From assembly GCA_013115125.1 (NCBI GenBank), contig JABANN010000223.1, forward strand, positions 1-50,660: DNA of 50,660 nucleotides, read 5' to 3'. Of this stretch, positions 25,991 through 37,450 are shown one piece after another. This DNA comes from Perkinsus olseni (Eukaryota). Position numbers and translations under genes: made by a program. The notes under the pieces were generated by a model that saw only the letters and a list, made by a program, of their open reading frames with translations, had not been told where the DNA came from and made no database searches. How positions within the stretch are numbered: the first letter of the stretch is position 1; every line of letters begins with the position of its first letter.

Positions 25991-28971
25991 TTACACATTG
26001 TCTTCGTGAACCGAGCTCTCCCCAGACACTTCGACAGCAGTGCGGTGAGAACCTCTAGTTCTTCTGGTCCTCTCCAAAAGATCCACCAGCCCTTTCTGCA
26101 CTCCTGGCACGTCAACACTCCGTCTCGAGACCCGGCCAATTATTTCGCACAGCTTTGGTGCCCAGATATCCATAGCGCATTTGGCGTTCCAGTCAGCAAC
26201 GCTCGGGAGGACTTCGGGCCACTTGCGCTTAATCCTTCGCAGACAACCGCGTAGAGCTGCCGTCAAGATCGCCAAGGGCTCGCCTCCATTCGATGGCGCA
26301 AAACTCACCAGCGCTGATTTTGACAGGGAACCGAACTGGCATTGGTGATTGTCCACATTGATGAAGATCTCGAGGGCCTCCCATTCACTCGGGCACTCGG
26401 CGAACATGGTACAATCGATCTCAGCAGTCAGTACCCCGAGGGGCCGAGGCTGGGAGCCCACTTTTATGATACCGAACTCATCGCCTGCCCTCCCTTCGAA
26501 GGCATCCCGGATGGCTCCCAGCAAACAGCATTCCGACCAGCCTGGCAGGTTTGCCATGACCGTGCCATTGACAAGACGCGTTGCCAGAATAGTTCGATCA
26601 GATCCAATACGAGCAGAAGAGTCCCGCTGTGGTCTAACCCTAGTCATCACGGTGACGCCGTCGACGCTGTAGCGCGCTACTGGCTGGCCTGGTATAGAAC
26701 GGAACAAGGATGAGCCTGAACAGGGCAACCATCGCGAAGACACAATTGAAATGCTATGCTATAAAAAAGTCTTCCCCGAGAACGACTAGCACCTTGGAGC
26801 TGTTTGTCATTGAACTCGAATGTTGGAGCCTTTTCGCCCAAAAATTGGGAGGAGAGCGCCAGGTACTCCTCGGTCAAGCTTCGCACAATATCGTTGTCTA
26901 CGTCCGGTGACTGAGGCAGCTGTAAGGAGACCTATAATACAGCAAAGAAGAGGCAGCAATCATCAGGCATCGCACCCCGATGATCGCAGGAGGATAAATT
27001 GTCCGCCATGGCCAGGAATTTCCAAGATACCACCCCCTCCCCACCATCCACACACGCGCTGTGACTCAGTGACTGAGTCTCAGTCGGTGAAGAAGCTCTA
27101 CAAAGGTATAAAAAGGTATAAAAAGACATATCCGTCAGCTCAGCTGCTGAGCCTCCGTATGCCCTTTCGACGCCACTGATCCCGTAAGTGCTGACGGACT
27201 GAGTAGCCGTCGGCTACTAACCGAATCTTTCAGCCTGAAGTTCAGGCTGGAAGTTCAGGCCCTGAACTACTCCGTAGTTTCCGGATGTTCTCCAGAGCCT
27301 CTTACCAGAAGAAGCTAGTCTGAATGCTCTCGCGTTCTTCTGTGACATATAGCTTAAAATGTCACAATGCTCGATGTGTCATGCTGCTGTACCACCATGT
27401 CGTTAATCTCCACAATTTTTGCAGTCTGATGCTTCGTCATATCCGAGCTCTTCTATCGTCCTGTGGCGCAAGAAGCTCCTCACACTGTTACTAGCCAGGA
27501 AGTAGGTCGCCAACAACATAATTGCCACCGCTACGTTTCTGTAGCGCTGCAATGGCTCGCAGCAAGCTTACTATGACTCAGAGCTGCATGATGATGCCGA
27601 CCAGGATCACGGCAGCGATGACCAGGATTGCGATCAATCCTGTCTTGTACTCCGAGCCTGTCGTCGCTCGGTGCACTTGGCTCCTTTGGAGCTGGACAAA
27701 TTAACGTAGTCAAGCACCAAACTACTCAGCTCATACCAGTAGTCCTCTGGTTTATAGAATATAGAGCCCAATAATACGTCCCCGCCATTTTATGGAAGAC
27801 AAACTGGTAGCCAAACAGTAGAGTCTGCTGGCCGGACTCAATCAAATGTATTGAACGACAAAATAGAGCCTCCCGAAGGGTTCTCTGCAGCTTTCCCATC
27901 CGCCGCCTTCCGCAAGCCCTAGAGGCGACGCCAGCATCTCTGTCTCACAAACCATATTGGTATGCTTATTGGCATCATGGTCAAAACAAAACTCTAGAAC
28001 TGAGCGGCTCAGCGAGAGGCAACATTGAGCCTGGCCTGCACCTTCTTGTACTACGGATCGCATAGTCCCCGAGAACGCGAAAGGCACGTCCGGGCGACGA
28101 AGGATCCATAAGGAGAGAGATGAAAAAGACTGTCAGAGAACCACAGAATGATGAGAACCCCTGGGACCTAATGTCATGTGTTCTGCGAACTTGGTGAGAT
28201 GAGAGACTCTGAGTGTGACTCAAAGATCCGACGTGGGCTCTAAACTGTAGAGCACTCTGAAGTCTAGGGGAAGACTCACCCTGGTAGTGAATCCTGGATC
28301 ACCATCAATCTTGTCTATCCGAACCTCTCCCACTTTAATACCGCCATCTTCCACCAAGAGGACGAATTTAACGAGACGTACCTCATCCGTCACGACCTCG
28401 AAGCTGATGAACGAGAAAAGCCAAGAATGCCCGTTCGCCGTCATTACCTACTGTATAGCTGCACATCCTGCCTGGTGTAGAAAGAAAGTAACGAACTTCA
28501 ATCCCAAGCCAAATTTGCCACTAAAACCTGGTACATGAGTAAATTACAGATAGCTAGGTGAAGCACTACCAATTCTACCTGTTCCGCTATCTGCATGCTT
28601 CGTGGATGAGAACATGCCGCGGATGCTGTCGACCCCATCCGCTGCTATTCCGGGACCACCCAGATCCGAGCAGATGAGTTTGAAGTCGCTCTTTAGTGTC
28701 ACGCTGACCTTCGGTTCGGTACGCGGATCTGCGGCAAGCAAACGAAGGAAGCTACATCATTAACGGCAGTCGGCCCCTGGGCTCTGCCCTCATAACAAAC
28801 GCAGTTGCTACCTTTCAAATGCCGACAGGCATCAATGGCGTTATCTAGTATCTCTTTGACTACTAGGAAGACGCTCCGGTTATCCACTCGCTCGCTGCCA
28901 CATAGTGACATTCCGTGCTTCATGAACCACGATGAGAGGAGGGGCCTCTCATTGTCAGAGTTAAGTGGCAT
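25991..28971 (-). CDS. topoisomerase VI subunit B-like protein (GHKL ATPase + transducer)
   Basis: GHKL motifs VKEILDNAIDAC, SDLGGPGI, SGKFGLGLK and GFTTR. Splicing 28279 to 26932 gives TR|VSLQLP...EEYL. Transducer-like RLVNG...IFINV..QFGSLSKSAL..ILTAALRGCLRRIK. Start codon uncertain. Confidence 0.72.
27063..27366. repeat. cluster of short perfect inverted repeats
   Basis: Six 7-9 bp palindromes with a 1-nt centre, plus three further stems, within ~300 bp. Confidence 0.9.
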
Positions 28972-29290
28972 AAGTGCAGAAAGGAAACGAGAACCGAACA
29001 CTTTCTCATCCTACAGGAACCTCTGCCCAGCATGTTGCCCCTCTCGATTGACATACTGTAGCACATCGCCCAACAGTTTGCTAACACCTGGTTTACACAT
29101 ATTCTTCATGCAGCGGCCTCTATCTCTCCACGAACACAGGTGACATTGAACAGTATCACTCTGTAATGCCTGACAAGATACCACTGAGCTAGTAGCTCAG
29201 AGCTACCATAGAACGGTATAGGTAAGAAGCATCGCAAGCTACTCCACAGTCGGCCTTGGAATCTAGAGGGAAAGAAACCAGCCCACGTCC

Positions 29291-31299
29291 CTACCCAGTT
29301 TTAGCCCTCATCTCCTGAACCCTATGCATGATAGTAGCATCACCAGCTCCCTCCACTGCATCCCGGAAGTACTCATCCGCGGCAACTATATACTCCTAAA
29401 GACCGGCCTCTTGCCAGGCCTGACGAGCCCCGGGCGTTTGTCACCGACCTTAGCGGTGGGCAAGTCCATCTCCATATGGAACAGCATCAGTGCTAGGACG
29501 TATCTGAGCAGGGCTGCACTCAAAGTAAACGGTCAAGATTGGCACCTAGTCTCGGCTGCCGCATCAGCCCTCCTTCCTCCCACAGTATTCAACTCATCGG
29601 CAGCATCTATAACAGCACTAAGCGGTGGTTCTCGGCTTCGTGCCGAGCGGCGCCTACCATCCACTGTCTCCTCCTGATACTCCAGAATATACTTCAGAAT
29701 GTCCACGGCTTCCTGACGCTGGACCGGGGACAACAGGACTTCATCTTCCCCTCCCTTGGCCGGAATCCCCGCTTGCTCACCACCCTCCACTCCCGCGTCT
29801 GACCCGTCTACTGACATAGAATACGACCCCTGCGGTAGGGGTTGGCAGGGGTCCTGCCATTCCTCGCCCGCACAAGACGACGAGGGTGCTAGTTCACCAT
29901 CAGTAGGAGCAGAAGGGTAGCTCCCCCATCTTTAGCAAACGCTCTCCTCGAGCCGTCAGGCCCACTACCCGTCACTTCCATTTCACTTCCCCTATGACCA
30001 GTCACCAATGCCCACTCGTATGGTGAGAGTCCGGCATCCACAGTGGGTGTTCGGTATAAGCCTCCTGGCCTCCGGAAGGACTGAGACCTCATCGATACAG
30101 CAAGAATACGGCAGAGCAGCGAACCTCAGGCAACCAAGCATCAGCATCGATCACCTTCTCGAGCCACTGTGCGTACGTGGACGTAACGGTAGTGTAAAAG
30201 GAGGCTGCCTGAACAGGAAGCCTTCCTGAGGAAGGGAACGCACACGCGGGAGAATGCGAGCCCGAAAAGCACCTTTGATGCCTCATTCATAGCCTGGAAT
30301 ACTCTACCCATATTATTATAGCACGGTGCTGTCCTCGGGTCCCTAGGACCGAAACGACATGTCGTTTGATACGTATCTTAGGCGGTTGAAGCTGCGACAG
30401 TAGCATGAAATATCTCTACTACCCTCTGCAAAGGATCGAAGAGCCTCCGAGTACTTCTCCTGAGCTACATACAGTCTACCAAAGTTCCTCTGCATTGCCG
30501 AGACCAGAGCCGAGCGATCGCCTGCATACACCGTTCATTCCACCCTTACGTGCCACTCGAGTTGAACCATACCAGCGTTCGGATTCTTCAGGATAATCCA
30601 CTTGGCCAAGCCTAGGAATTTCTCCGAGACCTTCAATTTATTCAAGCCCAGGTTACATTCCGCCAGAAGGAGGTAGCTTCCTGAAGGCAAAAACTGCAGC
30701 ACTCATCTATACCCTGAGAGCACGCCCATGCCTCTTGAGTTGGTGAAAAGATGGTAGTCTCATCGGTCGCCTACCCACGAGCTCTGTCGAGTTAGTCCCG
30801 AAAAGTTCGATGGCGAGTTTCAGGCCTTGCAAGGCACCCGGGATAGCTAGGTTGCACTCTCCTTGAACCTGACCCATCACAGTCCCACAATCATCCGGCG
30901 ACCACTGCCCGATACACCTACTACCACTCTTCGACCTACTGCAGACTTACGAGAAGCTTCTGTGCCGTTTCCGAGCATATGTCTCGGACTTCCTCCCGTA
31001 TGCTTATCAGCTCCGCGTCCCTCCTTTTCCGTTCCTCGTCACTGCCCAGTGTACAAGGCCTCTCTCTCAACAACACAGTGTCCTGATAGAATCATACTCC
31101 AGCATCATCACGGCTGGGGCGACTGTATTACCTTCGCTATGAGCCCACGGATGCCCCTCCAATCCTGATCGAAATGCTCCGCGCCACAATAGTAGGTGGG
31201 GCACTCATTGCATCTGATCTTTGCCTCTCTTCCACAGAGCTCACACTCATACTTAGCACCACGAGGCCGCGAGAGAGCGCTTATTGGGCTGGTGGTCAT
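29291..31299 (-). CDS. ZMYND12: zinc finger MYND domain-containing protein 12-like
   Basis: PRGAKYECELCGREAKIRCNECPTYYCGAEHFDQDWRGI, followed by TPR-like RNFGRLYVAQEKYSEALRSFAE. The 3' end is approximate. Confidence 0.82.
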
Positions 31300-31715
31300 T
31301 TCCTAACCTCAAGATACTACTCTCATGCATGTGATTAGCGGCAGAGGCAGACAGGGGTACAGGAGAACATAGGAATTTCTCGTGAATCAGAGCGAGGCAC
31401 TTCATCAAAGACTACCTCTCAGTCACACTTACACAAAGGATAACACGTGAAGCGGCACCGGAGGGGCAACCGATTCTCATCGACTGGAGTGAGTAGACGT
31501 ATCGTGGCCTATGAGCTCAACGTAGTAGTTACACAAACGATCACAATAGAATGTTTAGCGATCGAGGACGATTGGTATCAACAGCAGCAGCAGCACAGTG
31601 AGGGGAGCTAGGATGCTCGCTGCTTCTCCCCTGTAAAATACACTTAACTCGGACACATAATGTCAGAGTGATTTAACATGGACACATGAACATCGTTACA
31701 TCTATCATGTCAGCT

Positions 31716-32738
31716 TCATTTTTTCATCAATGGCAATTCACCCTCGTCGTAGTGAAGAACAGTTTCTCCCTTATCCTCACAAATTCGCAGCTCTTGAGGG
31801 CTCAGCTTCACACCAACAGCGTCAGAAAGCTTGCTGAAGTCGGACTCAACCTTTCGATCCACATCCATCAGCTTCATGCAGTTACTCGATGCCAGGAGGA
31901 GGGCCACAGGGTGCACAGCGAGGCGGCGGCCCGGCTCACGAGAGACCACTTCCATAGCGAAACTGAACCTACCCGAGTCAAGTTGACCAATTGTGATAGA
32001 GAGAGGAGTGGAGCCCACAACGGCCTCGTACCCTCCCTTCGCCAGACCGGTCGGCAGAGGTAGTATCATCATAGGACTTTTTTTCTTCGTTGACGCCGTC
32101 GTTTCACGACTCTCAACCTCTGCCTCATTCAGAAGAAGCCTCAAGGGTGAAGGCCTTGCAGACGCCTTCCTTTTCCGCGTGTTATCCCTCGTCGGCAAAG
32201 GTTCAGAAACTGCTCTCAGGTGGGGTCCCCAGGCACTTGCCCCTGGCGCCGGCCCCACAGCCAATAGTGGTGGCGCCATGACCGGTATGAAGGGTATGAG
32301 CGCTTCCCAAAAATTCTCAACCACAAGGTAGTACCTCGGCGTACCTCGAAGGTACGCCAGTGGCGCATAATTGCCCACACAAATACCAAATAGACGGCGA
32401 GGGACCTCGACCGGAAGTTGAGCGTCCAAGAGGTCATGGTAGGTCCACACTCGTGCATCGCCACCAAGGTCGAACGGCACTGCCAGCCCCGGTATGGTCT
32501 CAGCAGGATGAGCGTTGTAGTCTATCCTCACTGGCCTCATGCTCATCTGCAGGCCAGCTGACATGGAAACATCTGTGTACTCGATTTCAAAACCGAGGGT
32601 GTCGCGTTTCACTCTCATTCGACCATCCGAAACGGAGTATGAACCGAAAGGCAGTCCTGGCCCCATAGCCGAGCAAATGACCAGACCCCCAAGGGTGAGG
32701 AGGAGTACATCGCATATTCTAAAATTAAACATCCACAT
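31716..32738 (-). CDS. hypothetical secreted protein, single exon (340 aa)
   Basis: Long uninterrupted ORF with an N-terminal hydrophobic segment LLLTLGGLVICSA. Confidence 0.6.
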   Translation of the reverse strand: MWMFNFRICDVLLLTLGGLVICSAMGPGLPFGSYSVSDGRMRVKRDTLGFEIEYTDVSMSAGLQMSMRPVRIDYNAHPAETIPGLAVPFDLGGDARVWTYHDLLDAQLPVEVPRRLFGICVGNYAPLAYLRGTPRYYLVVENFWEALIPFIPVMAPPLLAVGPAPGASAWGPHLRAVSEPLPTRDNTRKRKASARPSPLRLLLNEAEVESRETTASTKKKSPMMILPLPTGLAKGGYEAVVGSTPLSITIGQLDSGRFSFAMEVVSREPGRRLAVHPVALLLASSNCMKLMDVDRKVESDFSKLSDAVGVKLSPQELRICEDKGETVLHYDEGELPLMKK

Positions 32739-33435
32739 CGGGTGTCAGTCGAGTGAGGCAGCGACGCAAACGTATAAAGAGACGGGGACGGGCGAGATGT
32801 GAAGTGGCGAGCGATTGACGTTCGCATGGAGCCTAAATGTAGAACAAGAGCATAAGATCGCACTATAATCAAAGAGGAGGGTTCCAGTGGAAGAGTGCCC
32901 TCTCAATGTGAGACGTGGATGTGTGACGAGTGCAGAGCATCAGCTGTCAGCAGTGCTGGAGGCAGTCCTGCGACATTCGATTGAAGACGGCTTAAGAGTC
33001 CAAGAAGCATACACGGAGACAATACGCATGTGCGAAGCCGCTTTGCCAAAGCTTGATCGATATGAACGCAAGTACATATTTTGTTCTAACAAAGAACATG
33101 TCCAGATGAGCGAGGATTGGTAGTTCCATAGAGCCGCTACAACAGAGTCAGCAGATCGTCATTAGAAAATGCTATTTCAAGTGTATTGCACACTTACTAG
33201 TCTTCGCTACTCTACCAGTGGACGTTGAGTTCCAATACATGGCGTGTGACGTGGCGTAGACGCGCCGTTCAAAGCTTGATCACGCTTAGATTTCGAGTGC
33301 ACTTCCTAAAGGAAGTCCTTAAGGGAATCGGGCGAAACCTCTCAAGGGTATCATAGCATCCTAAGATTCTAAATATCATGGCACATATCTACTCTGGCTT
33401 CTCATTTCCCCTCCTCGCAGGCGCTTTAACTCATC

Positions 33436-35109
33436 ATGACCAGCTCGACCCCCTTCATTATGATCCTCGTTCTTCCCTTGAGAGCAACGGACATCCCGCT
33501 CCTTCCCGATCCACCCCTACCGCCCTGTGCTTCCCAGTGCAGTCTCGAAGTCAACCCAAAAATTCTACAGCGGAGCGGAGACCTCCTGGCTGTGCATTGG
33601 GAGCTCCTGTCTGGGGTCCCGAGTAACGAGTCGGATAAAATCGCATTGTTTGCTCCACCCTTCAAAAGTGAGGAGGCGAACGACGAGGACTGGGTGGCCT
33701 ACTTCAAACCGTCCACAATTGACGGCTCAACCCATTCCGTCCCCGTCACGAATGTTCGAGCCCCCTTCTACGACATCCGTTATCTCTCCGGTGTCACTGG
33801 GGAATGCCTTTGCCGAGCTGATAAAGTGCGATTCGAGATGGGACCCTCGGAGCCCACTCAAGGCCATACTACAATAGACGCTTCGACAGGAGCTCTCAAG
33901 GTTCACTGGGTCACCGATGACCCTCTACCGTCTACTGTTTGGTACAAGGAAGAAGGATCCAATACTTGGCGGAGCAGCTTGTCTCTGGTTACGACATATA
34001 CTGACGCTGATATGTGTGATGCTAGGATGGATAGATACTACGCCCCTGGATACTTCCACACTGCTGTGCTCCCAGCAAGCTTCCAAGGACCACTCGAATT
34101 AACGTTCGGTAGGAAGAAATTGAGGGCAGAGCAGATGCAGGTCAACCCGCCGCTGGGGCGTGGTGATCGTACGGAGTACAGCGTTGCTCTTTTCGGCGAC
34201 ATGGGCGTTCAAGGGGCCGGCCGAGGCCCGCACAAGATGTGGGTCCCTCATGGCGTCTGGGATGCCTACTGGGTCAAACAGCACATGGAGTCCAACGACA
34301 GAATCAAACTTACGGTCCATTTCGGGGACATATCATACGCCGATGGCTTCAGTCGAGTGTGGGATATCTTCGGTGACTCCCTTCAAACCATAGCCATGCG
34401 TAACCCAGTCATGGTGAGCCACGGTAATCACGACTACGACTACAAAGGCGCATGGAATCCATCATGGGCTTCCGGGGACTTCATCAAAACCAAGTACGGG
34501 AATGAGTGTGGTATTCCCCTGAATCACCGTTATGCGCTCGAGAATTGGTGGTACTCATTTGACTATGGAATGGTCCACTACGTCATGTTATCCTCTGAGC
34601 ATGACTGGACGGAGGGCAGCGCCCAGTGGTTGTGGCTCGAGCACGATCTCTCTACAGTCGACCGGAGTCTCACACCGTGGATCGTTCTGACTTCTCATCG
34701 CCCGATGCTCGTGGCTGTCATTGGCGAGCCTCGTAATACTATAGAAGATCATATGGCTGATGCACTGATGCCCCTGCTGAAAAAATATGAAGTGGATTTG
34801 GTGACAGCAGGTCATTGGCATCACTATGAAAGGACAAAGCCAGTAGACGGCACCGTTCACACCCTCGTGGGCTGTGCTGGGGCTCAGGACTTACCCGTTG
34901 AATTTCGGGACTTGGAAAGAACTGCGACCATCTGGGCCGAGGTAAGAGGCTATCTAGAATTGCAAGTGAAGGAGGATAAGCTGGTTGGTATCTTCTGGGG
35001 GATCAACGACACCATGACTGACCGTCACCTAATCGAATTCGATCGTTTTGAGATTCACCGTAACGATCACAGAACTAGGACCATCCTGAGGGGTGGGCAA
35101 CAAGTATAG
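33436..35109 (+). CDS. purple acid phosphatase family metallophosphoesterase
   Basis: Intronless 557-aa ORF with the five PAP metal motifs GDMG, GDISY, GNHD, SHRP and GHWH, FN3-like N-terminal regions and a signal-like N-terminus. Confidence 0.92.
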   Translation: MTSSTPFIMILVLPLRATDIPLLPDPPLPPCASQCSLEVNPKILQRSGDLLAVHWELLSGVPSNESDKIALFAPPFKSEEANDEDWVAYFKPSTIDGSTHSVPVTNVRAPFYDIRYLSGVTGECLCRADKVRFEMGPSEPTQGHTTIDASTGALKVHWVTDDPLPSTVWYKEEGSNTWRSSLSLVTTYTDADMCDARMDRYYAPGYFHTAVLPASFQGPLELTFGRKKLRAEQMQVNPPLGRGDRTEYSVALFGDMGVQGAGRGPHKMWVPHGVWDAYWVKQHMESNDRIKLTVHFGDISYADGFSRVWDIFGDSLQTIAMRNPVMVSHGNHDYDYKGAWNPSWASGDFIKTKYGNECGIPLNHRYALENWWYSFDYGMVHYVMLSSEHDWTEGSAQWLWLEHDLSTVDRSLTPWIVLTSHRPMLVAVIGEPRNTIEDHMADALMPLLKKYEVDLVTAGHWHHYERTKPVDGTVHTLVGCAGAQDLPVEFRDLERTATIWAEVRGYLELQVKEDKLVGIFWGINDTMTDRHLIEFDRFEIHRNDHRTRTILRGGQQV

Positions 35110-35748
35110 GAACTCTTAGCTAACTACGTCAAAAGCACACGCTTCTGCTCTCCGCTACTTCTTCTCGCTTTCTTAACCGTGCATGTTCTCAACCCATGTT
35201 TATCAAACTCGTTTGATGCTCATCTACGCACCGAGAGCTTCTGTGTTGCATTCTAATGTTTCTGGTCTCCGAGGACGGGGCGGGTGCGGTCCCTACCGAC
35301 AGTTAAGTTCACGATGGCGCCTTTGCCACCGAGCGGGCGTAGCTTCAGACTTCTCATATGATCTGCGCGCAATCACAGCGGCGTGAGCTGTGGGCACCTG
35401 TACAAGGAATAGTGAAGGCTTTGGGCTTGGGTCCTACTCCGTTCAAGGAAATAACGACAACAACATCGATTATGATGAAGAGCGCGGCTGCCGCGCCGCG
35501 GCATCTCACGGCGCGCTCTCTGACCAGATCGAAAAACTGATTCCGAGACGTGTACGAGCTGGTTTACTCAGATAGCATTCGCGATTGATTTAATTCTATG
35601 TTCATCCACACTGCGTGATTGCTTGCTTTCGACTGCCACCGTTGGAATGGTCGTTGCGAATCGAAATATACTCGCAGATGCACGAGTAGGCTACAATGAC
35701 ACGTGCTAATTGGTGTCGATGAGCAGATTTCCCTCGTAGTTTTGGATC

Positions 35749-36572
35749 ATGTCCTTTCCCTCCGGACTCGTAGTTCTCGTGTCGATTATTGCTGCTACCG
35801 TGGCACTGGGCACGTCCAACGCCAAAAAAAGGAAATACTACACCAGAAATGAACGCGAGCGTATGAGCGCCCTCGAACGCGAGGGAGTAAGGCCTCAGCA
35901 TATGGTCCCCTTCCATTCTCTTATCTATTGCTCAACTCCCGGTGTGATTCCATCTCGCGATTACAATGCTTCCGCAGATACATTTTAAAGAAGGTATGTC
36001 AGGCTGTGGGATCAGCCAGAGGCCTCCTCTGGAGAGAATGGACTTCTGGGTCTACCTACGTCCAAAGAACGTCCCTGCCTCTTCACTCAACGTAGATCCC
36101 CCTGGAACTGTGGTGCGCACGTCTCTAAACGATACTGAGAGAAACAAAGAATACATCTTGTAAGTCGCTGAGCGCTGAGCGACTTGTGATCTCACATGGC
36201 GACTGTCTCCTCCTCAGCGCCAAAGACAACAGATATTTCTACGGCAAGGTTGGTACTGTGAAACTTGACTGGGGGAAATACAAAGCACACTACTGGGACG
36301 AGCTCAGAAAAGCTGACGTGTTACCCTTGGAGCACCTCTCACCGGAGACTCGTCGAATTCTGAGGGCATACACCCCCAAATCAAAAGATCACGGCATAGA
36401 CACGAGGGGATGCCTTAACATCGCTGAGGCGATTGTCAATAATCCTCCATCCGGGTTCGCGGGCAAGGGCTGGATACTAGACTTCCACAGAAGTAAGGAC
36501 AGCGAGATGGAGCAGGCCTTGAGCAAGGTGAAGGAGTTGCATGACGAAGATGAGAAGAAGCGAAGAAAGTAG
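35749..36572 (+). CDS. hypothetical secreted protein (multi-exon)
   Basis: Signal peptide MSFPSGLVVLVSIIAATVALG. Three consecutive ORFs can be joined by GT-AG introns. Confidence 0.55.
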
Positions 36573-37450
36573 ACAGAATAGAATGAGTCTCGATGTCATT
36601 GTCTCCATCTTCATATGTTGCTCAATCATGATCATGTTTATGTGTGTGTTACATGTGAGCGTGCTTTGGGTTACAAGTGTTTGCCATAGGGGCGAGAGAG
36701 AGCTGAACAAAGCGTTGCTCATAATGATGTGAACAGTAGCGGGCGTATTGAAATAGGTCGTGAGTGCTTTAAGAACTCCTGCTCCTCGTACCACAGCGAA
36801 CACCGAAAGGTCGGGGTTTGTCCACCAAGTATACTCTAGAAAGGTACTTTCAGTCGAATGTGGAATATCCCCTTCACGAAAACGATGCATGGCCCGGTCA
36901 TGGCGAGGTTAGGAGCAGTTCGAATACCGAAAGCAATCGTGATCATGAAGGTGACCGCTACGTTAAGCACAGCCCTGCATACCCTTGTTGGGAACTCACT
37001 GAGCCTACTTGGTGACACCTTCATCCAAAATCCCTTCAACAACATAGGATGCAGATAAGGCAAGTTGATTGGTTTATAGGCCCTTTAATATAGGGTCCCA
37101 GATTTCTCGGACGTTCCGAAAAATCACCGCCCACATCATCCCCTTAGATAATCTTGAGCGTGTTAGAACAGAAATAGAGACTCTCCTAATCCACACTTAT
37201 CGTGAGCCCTCGGGCGATAGTCCACGTAGTGGACTCCACTACATTCAAGCGAATTAGTTCTACCCAGCGCTTGCTAACATAAATACGACTATGTTACGCA
37301 CTACTGATCGCCACCATTCCCCCGATTGACGACAGCATAGCCTCGAACACTCGCACACTCTCTGCGAACGAAGATGAAGGGAAACGTTGTCACCAGGCAC
37401 ACAGTAACTCAGTAGTAGACAGTAGCACAAAAGCAACGACCAGTCGGTAT

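Noticed and set aside
27063-27300. CRISPR-like array interpretation of the palindromes
   Set aside because: The palindromes differ in sequence with no repeat-spacer periodicity, and the context is eukaryotic with no cas genes.
33330-33350. CTCAAG as a spliced-leader relic upstream of the PAP gene
   Set aside because: Only a 6-nt match to the SL 3' end, which is expected by chance.
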